Shown piece after piece: positions 26,963 through 38,340 of a DNA stretch of 64,000 bases. Position 1 is the first letter of the stretch. Each line of letters starts with the position of its first letter. Made by a program: the position numbers and the translations under genes. Under the pieces are notes generated by a model. It saw only the letters and a program-made list of their open reading frames with translations. It was not told the DNA's origin and did not search any database. This DNA is from Deinococcales bacterium (GTDB lineage Bacteria > Deinococcota > Deinococci > Deinococcales > JAAFIG01), in the NCBI GenBank assembly GCA_031414595.1, contig JANNVX010000014.1, positions 48,078 to 112,077 on the forward strand, given 5' to 3'.

Positions 26963-28714
26963 TTACTTATTAAAAATAATCTGATTGGTCACATACGAAG
27001 GAATCGGACCCAAATTATAGACAAAGTTACCAATTTTGTTGCTGACCGCCGCGATATTGGCTGGTTTAGCAATCATGATTACGGGGAGGTACTTGGCGTT
27101 TAGAAGTTGCCATTCGTCGTAGAGTGCGCCGCGTCTGCCTTGGTCAGTGATTTTGCTGGCTTCTTCAAAAATGTCAAATAAGCGCTTTTCCCAGCTTTTC
27201 ATGTTGGCTTTACTGATTGGTTGTCCAGGCTTTGGACGTAGGCTCGAGTGCCAGTAGTACAAATCGCCGCCGGGTTGCCAAATAGCTTTGCGGAGTTGTG
27301 GGTCTGGTTGGTTGCCAAAGCCATAGACAGCCGCTTCAAAATCTCCAGCGTTAGCTTTAGAAAAAGTGGCAGAAGTGGTCAGGATTTGCAAATTGGCTTT
27401 AATGCCTATTAACTTTAAGTCGGCTTGAATGACTGGAGCAATTAAGTGTCCGGGGAAAAATGGATTGTCGTTTGGGGCAATTAAACTAAACTCCATTTCT
27501 TTGCCACCCGCAAAGTTGCGAATTCCATCACCATTGGTGTCTTTTAGACCAAGCGCATCGAGGGCTGCATTGGCGGCGCGAAGGTCGTAATTTCCAAGGT
27601 AACTGCGGGTATCAAAATACCAACTCGAGACTGGAGCAACAGGTGTACCAGGCAATTCGGCAAGTCCATTAAAAATATCATCAATGATGCGTTTGCGGTT
27701 GACGGCTGGCTGGACTGCCTGACGGAATTTATCGTTGCTGAATAAGCGAGCCAAGTCTGAGTCTTTGGCATCAAAATTAAAAGCCAAGTGCGGCGGGCTT
27801 CCAAAAAGGGCAGATGCGCGAATCACTTTGAAATTTGCCCCAGCGACTTCGGCGGCTTTGAGTTCTGGGAACAATGCACCTGTGATGTTTAGGGCATCTA
27901 TGCCACCCGATTTCATTTGGGCAATTTGGGCATTGCTGTCTTTGATAATCAGGTACTCGAGACGGTCAATATAGGGTAACTTGTTGCCAAAAGCATCCGA
28001 TTTCCAGTAATTGCTGTTCTTGCCAAGCACCAATTTTTGATCGGCAGTATAACTGGTGAACTTAAATGGTCCTGTACCAACAATATCGGCTAGGTTGGTG
28101 TTTGTTCCCCAAGCAGTGTTGATGTCGGCGGGAGCAGCCCCACCTTCGATACTGAATTTTAGTAATTTGTGCTTTGGCATGATAAAAGTACGCAGTTGTT
28201 GCAAAATCGCGCCAGATGGTGAAGGCATGGTCATTCGCATCGTGAATTCGTCTACTTTTTCAAATTTTGTACCTGCCGGGAAACCTGCTGCGCTATTACC
28301 TCGAGCTTGTGGGTTCAAAATCATGTTGTTAAACGTAAAGACCACATCGTCGGCATTAAAATCCTGACCATCGTGCCATTTGACCCCACGGCGTAACCTA
28401 AAGGTGTAAACTTTGCCGTCCTCGGAGGTTGACCAAGATTGTGCCAAGCTCGGTTCCATTTTATAGGTATCGAGGTTGTACTCGACCAAGCCCTCAAAGA
28501 CATTGCCAAGAGCGGTGTAGGCATTATTATCGGTAATTCCGTAATAATTAAAGCTGCCCGGGGCAGCAGGGAGCATCAGGGTGTAACTGCCTCCGTATTT
28601 GCCTTCGACCACACCAAGTTTAGGCATGGCGGTCATTTGAGGAGCGCCTTTGGGGTCTGCTGCAAATGCCGTTGTGGACAACAACACCGACAGCGCGATT
28701 AAACGTCGTTTCAT
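26963..28714 (-). CDS. ABC transporter substrate-binding protein, family 5 (peptide/oligosaccharide)
   Basis: Signal peptide; LAQSWS.SEDG..YTF.LR.GVKWHDG..F.ADDV; GTGPF. Confidence 0.92.
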   Translation of the reverse strand: MKRRLIALSVLLSTTAFAADPKGAPQMTAMPKLGVVEGKYGGSYTLMLPAAPGSFNYYGITDNNAYTALGNVFEGLVEYNLDTYKMEPSLAQSWSTSEDGKVYTFRLRRGVKWHDGQDFNADDVVFTFNNMILNPQARGNSAAGFPAGTKFEKVDEFTMRMTMPSPSGAILQQLRTFIMPKHKLLKFSIEGGAAPADINTAWGTNTNLADIVGTGPFKFTSYTADQKLVLGKNSNYWKSDAFGNKLPYIDRLEYLIIKDSNAQIAQMKSGGIDALNITGALFPELKAAEVAGANFKVIRASALFGSPPHLAFNFDAKDSDLARLFSNDKFRQAVQPAVNRKRIIDDIFNGLAELPGTPVAPVSSWYFDTRSYLGNYDLRAANAALDALGLKDTNGDGIRNFAGGKEMEFSLIAPNDNPFFPGHLIAPVIQADLKLIGIKANLQILTTSATFSKANAGDFEAAVYGFGNQPDPQLRKAIWQPGGDLYYWHSSLRPKPGQPISKANMKSWEKRLFDIFEEASKITDQGRRGALYDEWQLLNAKYLPVIMIAKPANIAAVSNKIGNFVYNLGPIPSYVTNQIIFNK

Positions 28715-28821
28715 AAGTCCTCCTTGAATTGTCAAGCGAAGGTCAGTTTACCATGAAAACGTTTACGGAGTTCAAGCAAAAAAAATCTCGAGCCAAAAGA
28801 CTCGAGTTTCTTTCAGAAAAC

Positions 28822-29190
28822 TTATTTTTTCAGCAAGTCACGAATTTCGGTCAGTAAGGCTTGGTCGGCTGTCGGACCAGCCGCCACTTCTGGTTTTTTC
28901 ATTCTGTTCATTGGCACAACGATAAAGAAGTAGACTGCTGCTGCCACCATCATAAAGTTGATGATTGAATTGATGAACTTGCCAATTAAAATACCGCCCT
29001 TGCCATCTGCCCCAGCACCAATCACAATACTCGAGAAATCTGGAGCGCCAAAAAGCATTCCCAAAAGCGGTGTAAAGACATCTGCCACCAAAGAAGCCGT
29101 GACTGCCCCAAATGCCCCTGCGATAATCACACCAACCGCTAAGTCAACCACGTTACCGCGCATCAAAAAATTCTTAAAACCTTCTAACAT
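28822..29190 (-). CDS. mscL: Large-conductance mechanosensitive channel
   Basis: FKNFLMRGNVVDLAVGVII and LLTEIRDLL motifs. Confidence 0.95.
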   Translation of the reverse strand: MLEGFKNFLMRGNVVDLAVGVIIAGAFGAVTASLVADVFTPLLGMLFGAPDFSSIVIGAGADGKGGILIGKFINSIINFMMVAAAVYFFIVVPMNRMKKPEVAAGPTADQALLTEIRDLLKK

Positions 29191-29275
29191 ACTGTACTCC
29201 CCTTTCGAGCCTAAACTCGAATTCAAATTGTAGGAGATAAACCCCTAAAAAAACAACTGAACTAAAAGTTAGGTT

Positions 29276-30649
29276 TTAAGCCCTGCGTTCTTTAACCGCG
29301 TGGGCGCTATAGCCAAATTGCGGCAAACTGCTCTGGGCATTCTCGAGAATCACCCTTGCCAGTTCGCCTAGATTCTTGCCACCAGAGCGCACATCCATTT
29401 TTAGGTCTTGGCGTAAGTTGGTTAAACTTATATCGTCGAGCATTAACTCTGTGCCGTAACGAAGGGTGCTTGGGCTGACAACCAGCAGGTCAGCTTCGGA
29501 TGCCTCGATATTCTCGAGAAAACACCGCCCAGTCAGCAATCCCGCCACGGTAGTGACTGTCCCAAAGGTCTTATTCTCTAATGCCCGAACCTCTAAGTGT
29601 AAGCCGCGCACTGCCCGAAGCGGCTCGAGGGCTAAGTCCAGAATCGGCGCAAAGAGCTTGCCTGTACCCAAAATCACTTTTGTTCCCGGTACGGCTTTGG
29701 GTAAGGGTGGTAACTCGCCACTTAAAAAATCCCTGACCATGCCGACACCGTTCTCGAGCATCGGGTAGCCTTCATACGCCTCTTCGGGTGGCAAAGGTTC
29801 GCCAGCCAGAATATAAAATTCATCGGATGGGAAAATAAAGCGTGTACCGCGTTCTGTAAACATTTTCTTTTGCCACTTGTGGGCGATTCGCAGCACATCG
29901 GCAGCTTCTTCGCGGTTAAATGGGCGCAAGGAGGGCAAATTCTTACGGTGGTCGGTTAATCCAAGCGGCACACAGGCAACCGACAGCACATTGGGTAAGC
30001 TCGAGAGATACTCAAGGCTTTCCTCGAGATGCACCCCATCGTTGCGGTTTGGCAGCAGCACCAATTGGGTGTAGAGGTCTATGGATTCTAAACGTTTTAG
30101 GGTGTCTTGAATTTTGGTACTTTCGGGGTCTTTGACTTTTAAGCGCCACCATTTCATCATGTCGGCACGAAGCGCTTGGTCGGTGCTGTGAACCGAAACA
30201 TAAAGCGGCGAGAGGTTCTCGGATAAAATTCGGTCAAAATCATGTTCTGATAAATTGGTCAGGGTCACGAACGAACCGTATAAAAACGACAAACGGTAAT
30301 CGTCATCCATCACATACAGGCTCTTGCGAAAGCCTTTAGGCATCTGATGCACATAGCAAAATTCGCATTTGTTGGCACAGATTTTAATGCCGTCAAATAG
30401 AACATCAGAAAACTCGAGACCGGGGTCTTCCCAAGAGACCGCAAAATGCAGACTCGAGCCGTCGGTGCGCTGTACCTCGAGGGTTACATCGCCAATCTCG
30501 AGTTCACGGCGATACGCCAGAATATCGGTAATGGCTTTATTGTTGACCCGAATCAGTGAATCACCTGCTTGGACACCCGCTTTTTGGGCAGCCGAATCGG
30601 GTTCGACCCTCGAGACCAGCGCTGGATAGAGTGTTTCTAGGGACATCAT
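29276..30649 (-). CDS. PDZ / radical-SAM-like Fe-S protein (DUF512 family)
   Basis: CANKCEFC, DDDYRLSFLYG and ENGVGM motifs. Confidence 0.88.
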   Translation of the reverse strand: MMSLETLYPALVSRVEPDSAAQKAGVQAGDSLIRVNNKAITDILAYRRELEIGDVTLEVQRTDGSSLHFAVSWEDPGLEFSDVLFDGIKICANKCEFCYVHQMPKGFRKSLYVMDDDYRLSFLYGSFVTLTNLSEHDFDRILSENLSPLYVSVHSTDQALRADMMKWWRLKVKDPESTKIQDTLKRLESIDLYTQLVLLPNRNDGVHLEESLEYLSSLPNVLSVACVPLGLTDHRKNLPSLRPFNREEAADVLRIAHKWQKKMFTERGTRFIFPSDEFYILAGEPLPPEEAYEGYPMLENGVGMVRDFLSGELPPLPKAVPGTKVILGTGKLFAPILDLALEPLRAVRGLHLEVRALENKTFGTVTTVAGLLTGRCFLENIEASEADLLVVSPSTLRYGTELMLDDISLTNLRQDLKMDVRSGGKNLGELARVILENAQSSLPQFGYSAHAVKERRA

Positions 30650-30720
30650 TTGTACACTGTACTTCAATGCTCTAGGGCAGTGTGACGTATGCTCCAAGGC
30701 AGTGTAACGTATGCTAGGGC

Positions 30721-31827
30721 ATGAAATTATCTGGTCAGATTCTCACCCCCAGAGGTTGGCACAGTGGCGAACTTGAATTCGATACTCGGATTCTTGGGAT
30801 TCGCTCCAAATTAAATGCCCCCAACCGATTTATTGTCCCCGGATTTATAGATGTCCATGTGCATGGCGGTGGTGGCGGCGACACCATGGACGGACTAGAG
30901 GGCATTAAGAAACTGGCAGCATATCATGCCCAGCACGGCACAACTGCACTTTTAGCGACCACCATCACCAATCCTTGGAAAAATGTTTTAAGCGCCTTAA
31001 AAAATATCCATAAAGCCATGCAAGCCCCCCATTGGACTGGCTCGAGAATTCTTGGGGCGCATTTAGAAGGTCCTTTTATTTCTCCACATAAACTTGGGGC
31101 GCAACCGCCATTTGCAATCCACCCAACTCCTGAACGGGTAAGCGCGGTACTCGAGCGACAAGTGGTTAAAGTCGTGACCCTTGCGCCTGAACTGCCCCAT
31201 GCGCTTGAGGCAACTCAAATGTTTCTCGAGGCTGGGGTGCGGGTCAGTTTAGGACACACGATTGGCACAAGCGAAGATGCAAGTCATATTTTTGAACTTG
31301 CCAGCCAATTAAAACGCGCTACACAAATCAGTGGCACACATTTATACAACGCCATGGGCGGACTCGAGGGACGCAAGCCCGGGGTGCTGGGTGCGCTGCT
31401 TGGTAATCCCAATGCCTACGGCGAAGTGATTCTGGATTTTCTGCACGTTCACCCCTCGAGTTTCCGAGCGGCTTTTTTTGCCAAACCAGAAAAACTGATG
31501 CTGATTACCGATGCAATGCGGGCATCGGGAATGCCAGACGGACAGTACGACCTTGGTGGACAAATGGCGAGGCTCGAGAATGGCGCAGTCAAACTGCCAG
31601 ACGGCACACTGGCAGGCAGTGTTCTGACCATGCTTGGTGCAGTCCAGAACGCGGTCAGGGCTGGTCTGGCGCTCGAGGTGGCAGTTAAACTGGCTTCCAG
31701 CCATCCTGCCCAGTATTTAGGGCTAACCGACTGCGGCAAAATTGCTAAGAATGCTCGAGCCGATTTGGTGGTGCTGAACGAAGATTTAAGCCTCGAAGCG
31801 GTTTATATTGATGGGCAAAAAGTATAA
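30721..31827 (+). CDS. nagA: N-acetylglucosamine-6-phosphate deacetylase
   Basis: PGFIDVHVHG, HLEGPF, THLYNAM, LITDA and LAGS motifs. Confidence 0.95.
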   Translation: MKLSGQILTPRGWHSGELEFDTRILGIRSKLNAPNRFIVPGFIDVHVHGGGGGDTMDGLEGIKKLAAYHAQHGTTALLATTITNPWKNVLSALKNIHKAMQAPHWTGSRILGAHLEGPFISPHKLGAQPPFAIHPTPERVSAVLERQVVKVVTLAPELPHALEATQMFLEAGVRVSLGHTIGTSEDASHIFELASQLKRATQISGTHLYNAMGGLEGRKPGVLGALLGNPNAYGEVILDFLHVHPSSFRAAFFAKPEKLMLITDAMRASGMPDGQYDLGGQMARLENGAVKLPDGTLAGSVLTMLGAVQNAVRAGLALEVAVKLASSHPAQYLGLTDCGKIAKNARADLVVLNEDLSLEAVYIDGQKV

Positions 31828-31828
31828 A

Positions 31829-31855
31829 AAAGCCGAAGGTATTGCCTTCGGCTTT
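31829..31855. terminator. Bidirectional intrinsic terminator
   Basis: AAAGCCGAAGG-TATTG-CCTTCGGCTTT between convergent genes. Confidence 0.75.
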
Positions 31856-31862
31856 GATTGTT

Positions 31863-34556
31863 TTAGAACGGAAAACCAAGTCTAAAGTAGAACTTACCGC
31901 CCGGATTCCAAGCACTCCAACCATAATCTAAGCGAATCGCAGGGAGTTGAATACCCCCAAAGCCGAGGTTGATTTGCACCCCGAGACCATAACCAAATTG
32001 CACCCCAAAAGGAATTTTTGTTCCAGCCCGGTCAGCCCTGAATTGACTATCGCCGCCCCAAGCGTTACCAAAATCTACCCAAACAATGCCGAGTAAACCA
32101 TACGTAAAAGCGGTTTGTAATCCAAAATCAAAACGTAACTCGAGTGAACCGGTGTAGTAAATATCGCCGCGTAAATCACCAAAGTCAAAACCACGTAAGT
32201 TAATCGCTTCAGAAGCAGTTGCGCCACCGATGCTAAAGATTCGGCTGCTTGGGGCTGACCCAAAGAGCGCCCCGGCGTTGAACCTAAAAGCCAGCGCAAA
32301 GTTACGGTCATCGCCACCAACGCCAAATTTGCCTTGTGAATCCCAACCTAGCCCAAGGTAGGTGCGAAAACCAAATGTGCCTTGGGTCCAAGATAAGGGG
32401 CGCGGCAATGCACCGGGCAGGGTTGAATCTATGCGGTCAGTGCCAAAACCATACCCAAGGCTACCTTGAACCAGCCAGCCTTGGGTCGGGAAATCCTCAC
32501 GGTTTTTGGTGTTGAATTCACCCGATAAACTGACATAAGCGGTTAAATTATTCAGTGGCACACCTTGAGCAGTACCTGCTCGAGCATCCACGGCGGCTTG
32601 GTTATTGGTGTTGTTGAATGGCTTTGTACCGACATCTCCGGGGGTCTCGAGGAAATTTTGTTCGTACTGGAAATCAAAGGCAATCCGAATTGTGAAGTTA
32701 CTAAAAAGTTGTCTGCCCAAGCTGATTCCAGCCCCAGTGTTGCGGGTACTAAAATAACGAGGACCTTCGTTGATGTTAGCCGTGGTTGGTAAATCTAAAA
32801 AAGTACGGGTGAATTCGACGACCCGCTTAGAAGCCACATTGGAGGAAAAATAAACCGATATTTCGGTGCGGTTGGTGGCAAAGTCTAAAAAGTTAAAATC
32901 AAGCCAAGGAATTGAGTACGAAAAACCACCACTGACGACTTGCCCAGCCTCATTGGGTTGGGCTTGAAAAGTCACATTCATGCGGTGTCCTACACCCCAA
33001 GCATTGCGCTCGCTGTAGGTCAAGTTGCCTGCAAAACCGTCTAAGGTCGAAAAAGTTAGACCGGGTAAAACCTCACCTGTGCTGCCTTCCTCGAGTTCAA
33101 GCACCAAAATCACTTCTTCGGGTTTGCCACTTGGGGCGGGTTTAATATCCGGACGAATATCTTTGAGTACCCCTAGGGCTTGGATATTCCGAAAAGAATT
33201 GCGAATTTTGTTAAAATCGAGCAAGCCACCAGCTTTGGGTAATTCACGCAGAATAATTCGGTCTTGGCTGCGGTGCGCGTTACGCCATTTTAATTCGTAA
33301 CCCACCAGTTTGACCTCGAGAACCCGCAATGTATACACACCATCGGCATAACTGACATCGGGTGTACTGACAATCGTGTAGCCAGCCTCGGTGTAGGCTT
33401 GGGAAATAGCTGTAAAATCAATCTCTCTGGCAATTTGGGCATTGTAGGTGTCGCCCAATTTTTGCGTCACCAAACGCCGTATACGGTCTGTCGGGATAAC
33501 CGTATTGCCCAAAATCCGAATGGTTTGAATTGGACCTGCGGGGGCATCCTCGATGGTAAAAGTCACGATGACCGAGTTATCACCGCTTGGCTCGAGAACA
33601 ATCCCGACTTGTTTATCACGTCCACGCGCCAAATTACGGGTTTCTTTAATCAGGGTTTGGTAATTAAAAAAGTCGCCCGGTTTTTGCGATAAGGTACTGG
33701 GGTCAATGCCAAGGGCGGTGGCATCTATGGCGGCAATTTTTAATTCGTTAATGATAATTGTCAGTACACCATTCTCGAGGCTCGATAGTTCGATATTTGG
33801 TCCTGAACCAATGTAGCCACGCGGCGTATTTGCGCCGTACCCTTTTTTGCTGTACAAGTCGTTGACCGCCCGCAGTCCTTGAAAATAAGTGCGAATATCA
33901 AATTTACCCGAACTGACCAGCGTACTAAACTGAGCAATAACTTCTGCGCTCGGCACAAGGGTCGCGCCAACCGTTTTGACTTCACGCACGGTGGCATTTT
34001 CGTTAATTGTGTAAGTGACAATCACTTTATTGTCTTTGGGTTTGGACAACTCGAGTTTAATCTCTAAGGTAAACGGAAAACCAATGCTTTGACGGTACAC
34101 CGCCCCCAACCCAATTCGCGCCTCCTCGAGCCGAAGATTGCTGACCATCACACCCGCCGTGACATTATAGCGCTGCTCGAGTAAACTTAAAATTTGTTCG
34201 CTGGTGACAATCGAATTGCCCTTGATTTCGACTTTTTCGATTGTAGGATTTGGCGTTACGGTAATTCTTAAAATATTGCGCCCGTTCTCGAGTACCACAG
34301 CTACTTTGGTGGTATTGGCTTGAAAAAAACCTGTGCTTTCGACTTGCCCTTGAATATCGGTGGCAACCACACTTTCTAGAGCATCACCTACCGAAACACC
34401 AATCGTGACTTTGATTAAACCGACCAAAGAATCGTCCAATATGCCAATACTGCTGACCACCACAATGTCATCAATTTGACCTTTTGGCGTTTGTGCCAAA
34501 GCAGAAGTCGAAAAAAAACATAAACATAAGAATAAGAACCTTGTTACCAATCGCAT
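31863..34556 (-). CDS. bamA: Omp85/BamA-family outer membrane assembly protein
   Basis: Signal peptide, several POTRA-like repeats, LRGF motif, C-terminal FYFRLGFPF. Confidence 0.85.
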   Translation of the reverse strand: MRLVTRFLFLCLCFFSTSALAQTPKGQIDDIVVVSSIGILDDSLVGLIKVTIGVSVGDALESVVATDIQGQVESTGFFQANTTKVAVVLENGRNILRITVTPNPTIEKVEIKGNSIVTSEQILSLLEQRYNVTAGVMVSNLRLEEARIGLGAVYRQSIGFPFTLEIKLELSKPKDNKVIVTYTINENATVREVKTVGATLVPSAEVIAQFSTLVSSGKFDIRTYFQGLRAVNDLYSKKGYGANTPRGYIGSGPNIELSSLENGVLTIIINELKIAAIDATALGIDPSTLSQKPGDFFNYQTLIKETRNLARGRDKQVGIVLEPSGDNSVIVTFTIEDAPAGPIQTIRILGNTVIPTDRIRRLVTQKLGDTYNAQIAREIDFTAISQAYTEAGYTIVSTPDVSYADGVYTLRVLEVKLVGYELKWRNAHRSQDRIILRELPKAGGLLDFNKIRNSFRNIQALGVLKDIRPDIKPAPSGKPEEVILVLELEEGSTGEVLPGLTFSTLDGFAGNLTYSERNAWGVGHRMNVTFQAQPNEAGQVVSGGFSYSIPWLDFNFLDFATNRTEISVYFSSNVASKRVVEFTRTFLDLPTTANINEGPRYFSTRNTGAGISLGRQLFSNFTIRIAFDFQYEQNFLETPGDVGTKPFNNTNNQAAVDARAGTAQGVPLNNLTAYVSLSGEFNTKNREDFPTQGWLVQGSLGYGFGTDRIDSTLPGALPRPLSWTQGTFGFRTYLGLGWDSQGKFGVGGDDRNFALAFRFNAGALFGSAPSSRIFSIGGATASEAINLRGFDFGDLRGDIYYTGSLELRFDFGLQTAFTYGLLGIVWVDFGNAWGGDSQFRADRAGTKIPFGVQFGYGLGVQINLGFGGIQLPAIRLDYGWSAWNPGGKFYFRLGFPF

Positions 34557-34752
34557 GAAGCCTCCAAATAACACTCGAGATGTTGAACGCGTTCGAGTCT
34601 CGCGTGTTTTGCTCTTCCTTGCGTGAAGTGCGTGTGAGAAGCACTAATAAACTTTTCTTAGCGTGCAGCACATGCAACAGCCCAAGAGTTTACCTGAGTC
34701 AAAGCACAAAAAGGTGAGCGCCAACTCAGACAAACAGGCTAAGATGAAGACC

Positions 34753-35589
34753 ATGAGCCAAAACTATTCTATAGATGAACGAATTAAAAGCATTGTGAGT
34801 GCCTACAAAGCCTATTCTACTGATGTTCCAGAGATTGCGATTATCCTCGGCAGTGGTTTAGGTCCTCTGGCAGAACAACTCGAGAACCCTGTGATTGTTT
34901 CTTACAAAGACTTACCCGGTTTTCCGATTTCGACCGCCCCCGGTCATGCGGGTAGAGCGGTATTTGGCAATCTCGAGGGCAAACGGGTCTTGGCTTTTCA
35001 AGGACGGGTGCATTTATACGAGGGCTACACCGCCCACGAAGCTGGTATTCCTGTGCGTTTTGCCTACGCGCTCGGCGCAAGAAAAATTATTTTGACCAAT
35101 GCCTGTGGCGGACTTAACCCCGCTTGGCAGGCTGGCGAAATAATGCTGCAAACCGATTACATCAATTTTACGGGTACAAACCCTTTGATTGGACACAATG
35201 ACCCGAATGTTGGCGAACGTTTCTTACCGATGATGAATGCTTACGACCTCGAGTACCAAAAAATTGCCAAAGCTGCGGCTCGAGCCGAAAATCTAGAACT
35301 GCGTGAAGGCACGTATTTAGCCGTTTCTGGACCGATGTATGCCCCAAAAGCCGAGCTGCGGATGTTCAGGCTTTGGGGAGCAGATGCAATTGGCATGAGT
35401 ACGGTGCAAGAACTAATTGTGGCACACTACCTAAAAATGCGGGTTCTAGGGCTAAGCAGCGTCACCGATATGGCAGTGGCAGACCAAGGCGACCATTCTG
35501 GAACAACCGAAGAAAACGTGATTGCCACTGCCAAAGCCACTGCACCGCGTTTTGAGAAGTTGCTCAGGGCAATTTTACGAACGATGTAA
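34753..35589 (+). CDS. Purine nucleoside phosphorylase (trimeric type)
   Basis: IILGSGLG, GHAG, GRVHLYEG, TNACGG and GADAIGMSTV motifs. Confidence 0.93.
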   Translation: MSQNYSIDERIKSIVSAYKAYSTDVPEIAIILGSGLGPLAEQLENPVIVSYKDLPGFPISTAPGHAGRAVFGNLEGKRVLAFQGRVHLYEGYTAHEAGIPVRFAYALGARKIILTNACGGLNPAWQAGEIMLQTDYINFTGTNPLIGHNDPNVGERFLPMMNAYDLEYQKIAKAAARAENLELREGTYLAVSGPMYAPKAELRMFRLWGADAIGMSTVQELIVAHYLKMRVLGLSSVTDMAVADQGDHSGTTEENVIATAKATAPRFEKLLRAILRTM

Positions 35590-35762
35590 AATTATTTAGC
35601 GGCTTTTTAGTTTTTCATGTCGGTGACGCGTTTATAGTTAAAAAGAGTGTGAAACACTTAATTCTCGAGAATTCAGAACTCAGAAGTGTGGCTATTTGCC
35701 AAAAGCAACACGACGTGAAGAATATCCAATAGAAATTGCACTTGGAGTCTGGCAGACAATAC

Positions 35763-36647
35763 TTATGCTTCGTAGCCCAGAATCTCGAGAATACGGTTTA
35801 AGTCTTCTAAGTTATGGTAGTACAGTTCTAACTTGCCTTTGTCTTGTCCAACTATTTTGACTTTTGTTCCAGCAATTCGGCTCAGTTCTAATTCCAATTG
35901 CCGATGTACCCGTGGTTTCTCGAGGGCTGCTTGTTTGGCTAGGATTTCTGGTGGTGGTTCGCGTTTTAAGAGTTCGGCTTGACGCACGGTTAAATCCCTA
36001 ACCACAATTTGTTCCAATGCCCAGTCACGGTCTACGGCGGGTTGTGCCAATATCGCTCGGGCATGACCAGCGCTGATGCTGCCATCCTCGAGTGCCAGTT
36101 GTGCGTCCTTGGTCAGTTGCAGTAAACGCAGGGCATTGGTGATGGTGCTACGGGCTTTACCAACTGCTTTGGCCACTTCGTCTTGGGTTGTGCCGAGTTC
36201 TAAAAGCTGGTTGTATGCCCGGGCTTCCTCGAGTGCGCCAAGGTCTTCACGTTGCAGGTTTTCGATTAAGGCAATCTCTAAGGTTTCACGGTCGGTTAGT
36301 TCACGCACCACAACGGGTACTTCCTCGAGTCCAGCCCGCATCGCAGCTCGCCAACGGCGTTCACCTGCCACAATTTCAAAACGTTTACCGCGTGGTCGAA
36401 CCAAAAGCGGCTGCAAGACACCTTTTTCGCGGATACTGGCGGTCAGTTCTTCAAGGGCAGCTTCGTCAAAATTACTTCGTGGTTGTTTTGGGTTTGGCTC
36501 GAGCTGTTTAATCGGCAGTGAATTGATGATCTCTTTTTTTTCTTCACCGCTTATTTTGGGAATCAGGGCATCTAACCCTCTGCCTAAGCCACCAGTTTTT
36601 GCGGCTTTTACGATTGGTGCTTGGGGTTGTTCAGAGCTTTTGGACAC
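35763..36647 (-). CDS. parB: Chromosome partitioning protein ParB/Spo0J
   Basis: [22 protein letters not shown] and IENLQREDL motifs. Confidence 0.97.
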   Translation of the reverse strand: MSKSSEQPQAPIVKAAKTGGLGRGLDALIPKISGEEKKEIINSLPIKQLEPNPKQPRSNFDEAALEELTASIREKGVLQPLLVRPRGKRFEIVAGERRWRAAMRAGLEEVPVVVRELTDRETLEIALIENLQREDLGALEEARAYNQLLELGTTQDEVAKAVGKARSTITNALRLLQLTKDAQLALEDGSISAGHARAILAQPAVDRDWALEQIVVRDLTVRQAELLKREPPPEILAKQAALEKPRVHRQLELELSRIAGTKVKIVGQDKGKLELYYHNLEDLNRILEILGYEA

Positions 36648-37386
36648 GTTGCATCACCTCTTGAGCTAAGCGTTTGTACGCCCCTGCACCACTCGAGATT
36701 GGCGCATATTTGTTGATTGTCTGCCCATAACTCGGAGCTTCGGATAGTTTGACATTGCGTGGAATAACACTCCAAAATACCGAATCGCCAAAATGCTGGC
36801 GTACATTTTGTTCGACTTGTTGCGCCAAATTGGTTCGAGTATCAAACATGGTCACCACGATTCCTAGGGTTTTTAGTTGCGGATTAAGACTTACTTTGAT
36901 TCGTTCTACCGTGTCAAGCATCCCAGCAATTCCCTCGAGGGCGTAGTATTCGGCTTGCAATGGAATAATAATCGCATTTGATGCTGTTAATGCGTTAATC
37001 GTTAGTGCGCCAAGCGAAGGTGGTGCGTCTATCAGCACAATATCAAAGTTCTTGAGTTGAGTCAGGACATTTTTTAATTTATTGGGATGGTCGGTCAATT
37101 CTACTGTTGCCCCAGCTAAGTCTGGTGTAGCAGGTAAAACTGATAAGTTTTCTTGCTCGGTTTTTTGAATGGCATTCTCCAAGCTCACATCACCCATCAA
37201 CACATCGTAAATACCGACTTCGGCTTTTTGGATACCAAGCCCACTGCTGGCGTTGGCTTGTGGGTCTAGGTCAATTAGCAAGATGCGTTGCCCATGACTG
37301 GCAAGATACGCTGCTAAGTTGACGGCGGTTGTGGTTTTACCAACCCCACCTTTTTGATTGACCAAACTAATAATTTTAGCTGCCAT
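36631..37386 (-). CDS. parA: Chromosome partitioning ATPase ParA/Soj
   Basis: [16 protein letters not shown] and EAPSYG motifs. Confidence 0.97.
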   Translation of the reverse strand: MAAKIISLVNQKGGVGKTTTAVNLAAYLASHGQRILLIDLDPQANASSGLGIQKAEVGIYDVLMGDVSLENAIQKTEQENLSVLPATPDLAGATVELTDHPNKLKNVLTQLKNFDIVLIDAPPSLGALTINALTASNAIIIPLQAEYYALEGIAGMLDTVERIKVSLNPQLKTLGIVVTMFDTRTNLAQQVEQNVRQHFGDSVFWSVIPRNVKLSEAPSYGQTINKYAPISSGAGAYKRLAQEVMQRVQKL

Positions 37387-37970
37387 TATTGTCCTCCGCC
37401 GCTTAAGATGACAAAATACGCGCCATCCTCGAGTTTTGTGGTTGTGATTTGGATTGCTGAATTGAGTTTTTGTAAAGCCTCGGATTCTTGTTTAACACTG
37501 TCACCCTTGCGCGTCATGATTATCCATTTTCGAGCTAAGTTTGGTTCGACCAGTTTGTAGATTTGTTCTAAACTTCCCAACCAAAGCGCCGTAATCACAT
37601 CATACTTCTGCTCGAGTTTTCGGACATCCCCTTGATAAACACGGCTGTTTGTTAATTTCAGACTCGAGACGACCCGCTCTAAAAAAGCGGCTCGTTTATT
37701 GCGAATTTCACATAGGGTGATTTGAATATCTGGGCGCATAATTGCTATTGGAATGGCTGGAAGCCCAGCACCACTTCCGACATCTAAAACTGTGGCGTTT
37801 GGCTCGAGGGCTTCGATAAACGGCTGGCTGCGTTCAATCCCAATTTCAAATTCGTTTAGCATTTTTGGCGAGCTTAAATCTAGCACTTTGGAGTAATCTT
37901 TGACCAAGGCACGGTAATGCTCGAGTTGTTGTGTACCTCGAGACTGCTCGGGTTGTTCGGTTTTGTTCAT
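37386..37970 (-). CDS. rsmG: 16S rRNA m7G methyltransferase RsmG/GidB
   Basis: [14 protein letters not shown] motif; position upstream of parAB. Confidence 0.9.
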   Translation of the reverse strand: MNKTEQPEQSRGTQQLEHYRALVKDYSKVLDLSSPKMLNEFEIGIERSQPFIEALEPNATVLDVGSGAGLPAIPIAIMRPDIQITLCEIRNKRAAFLERVVSSLKLTNSRVYQGDVRKLEQKYDVITALWLGSLEQIYKLVEPNLARKWIIMTRKGDSVKQESEALQKLNSAIQITTTKLEDGAYFVILSGGGQ

Positions 37971-38332
37971 TGTTCTCCTCGAGTTTCTTGGGTTTGCAGT
38001 TCATTTGGTAATTTCGGTAGTTTATGGGCGTATTTTTGCCACCACTCGAGAAACTGTCTACGTTTTCGGCTATTGGGCAAATGCTGATAAAAAAGTTCAG
38101 TGGCTTTCCAAAGGGCTGCACCGCGTAGCATCCAAACATAATAGCGCCGTTCGGAATGATTATATGGTCCGTAAATACTACCACCTAATAAGCGATTGAG
38201 GCGTTTGAGTGGCTCGGGGTCATCTTCTTTTAGACGAAGTTGCAGGGCTGGTTGTTCTTTATCGCCAGTAAACGAGCCTTCGCCAATCATTAGACCCATA
38301 ATGTACCCCAAATCAAAGTCAGTTAGTGCCAT
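37967..38332 (-). CDS. Single-motif LAGLIDADG endonuclease-like protein
   Basis: LGYIMGLMIGEGSF motif then L..L...LGG.I.......Y.W; ATGA overlap with rsmG. Confidence 0.7.
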   Translation of the reverse strand: MALTDFDLGYIMGLMIGEGSFTGDKEQPALQLRLKEDDPEPLKRLNRLLGGSIYGPYNHSERRYYVWMLRGAALWKATELFYQHLPNSRKRRQFLEWWQKYAHKLPKLPNELQTQETRGEQ

Positions 38333-38340
38333 AGCTTTAA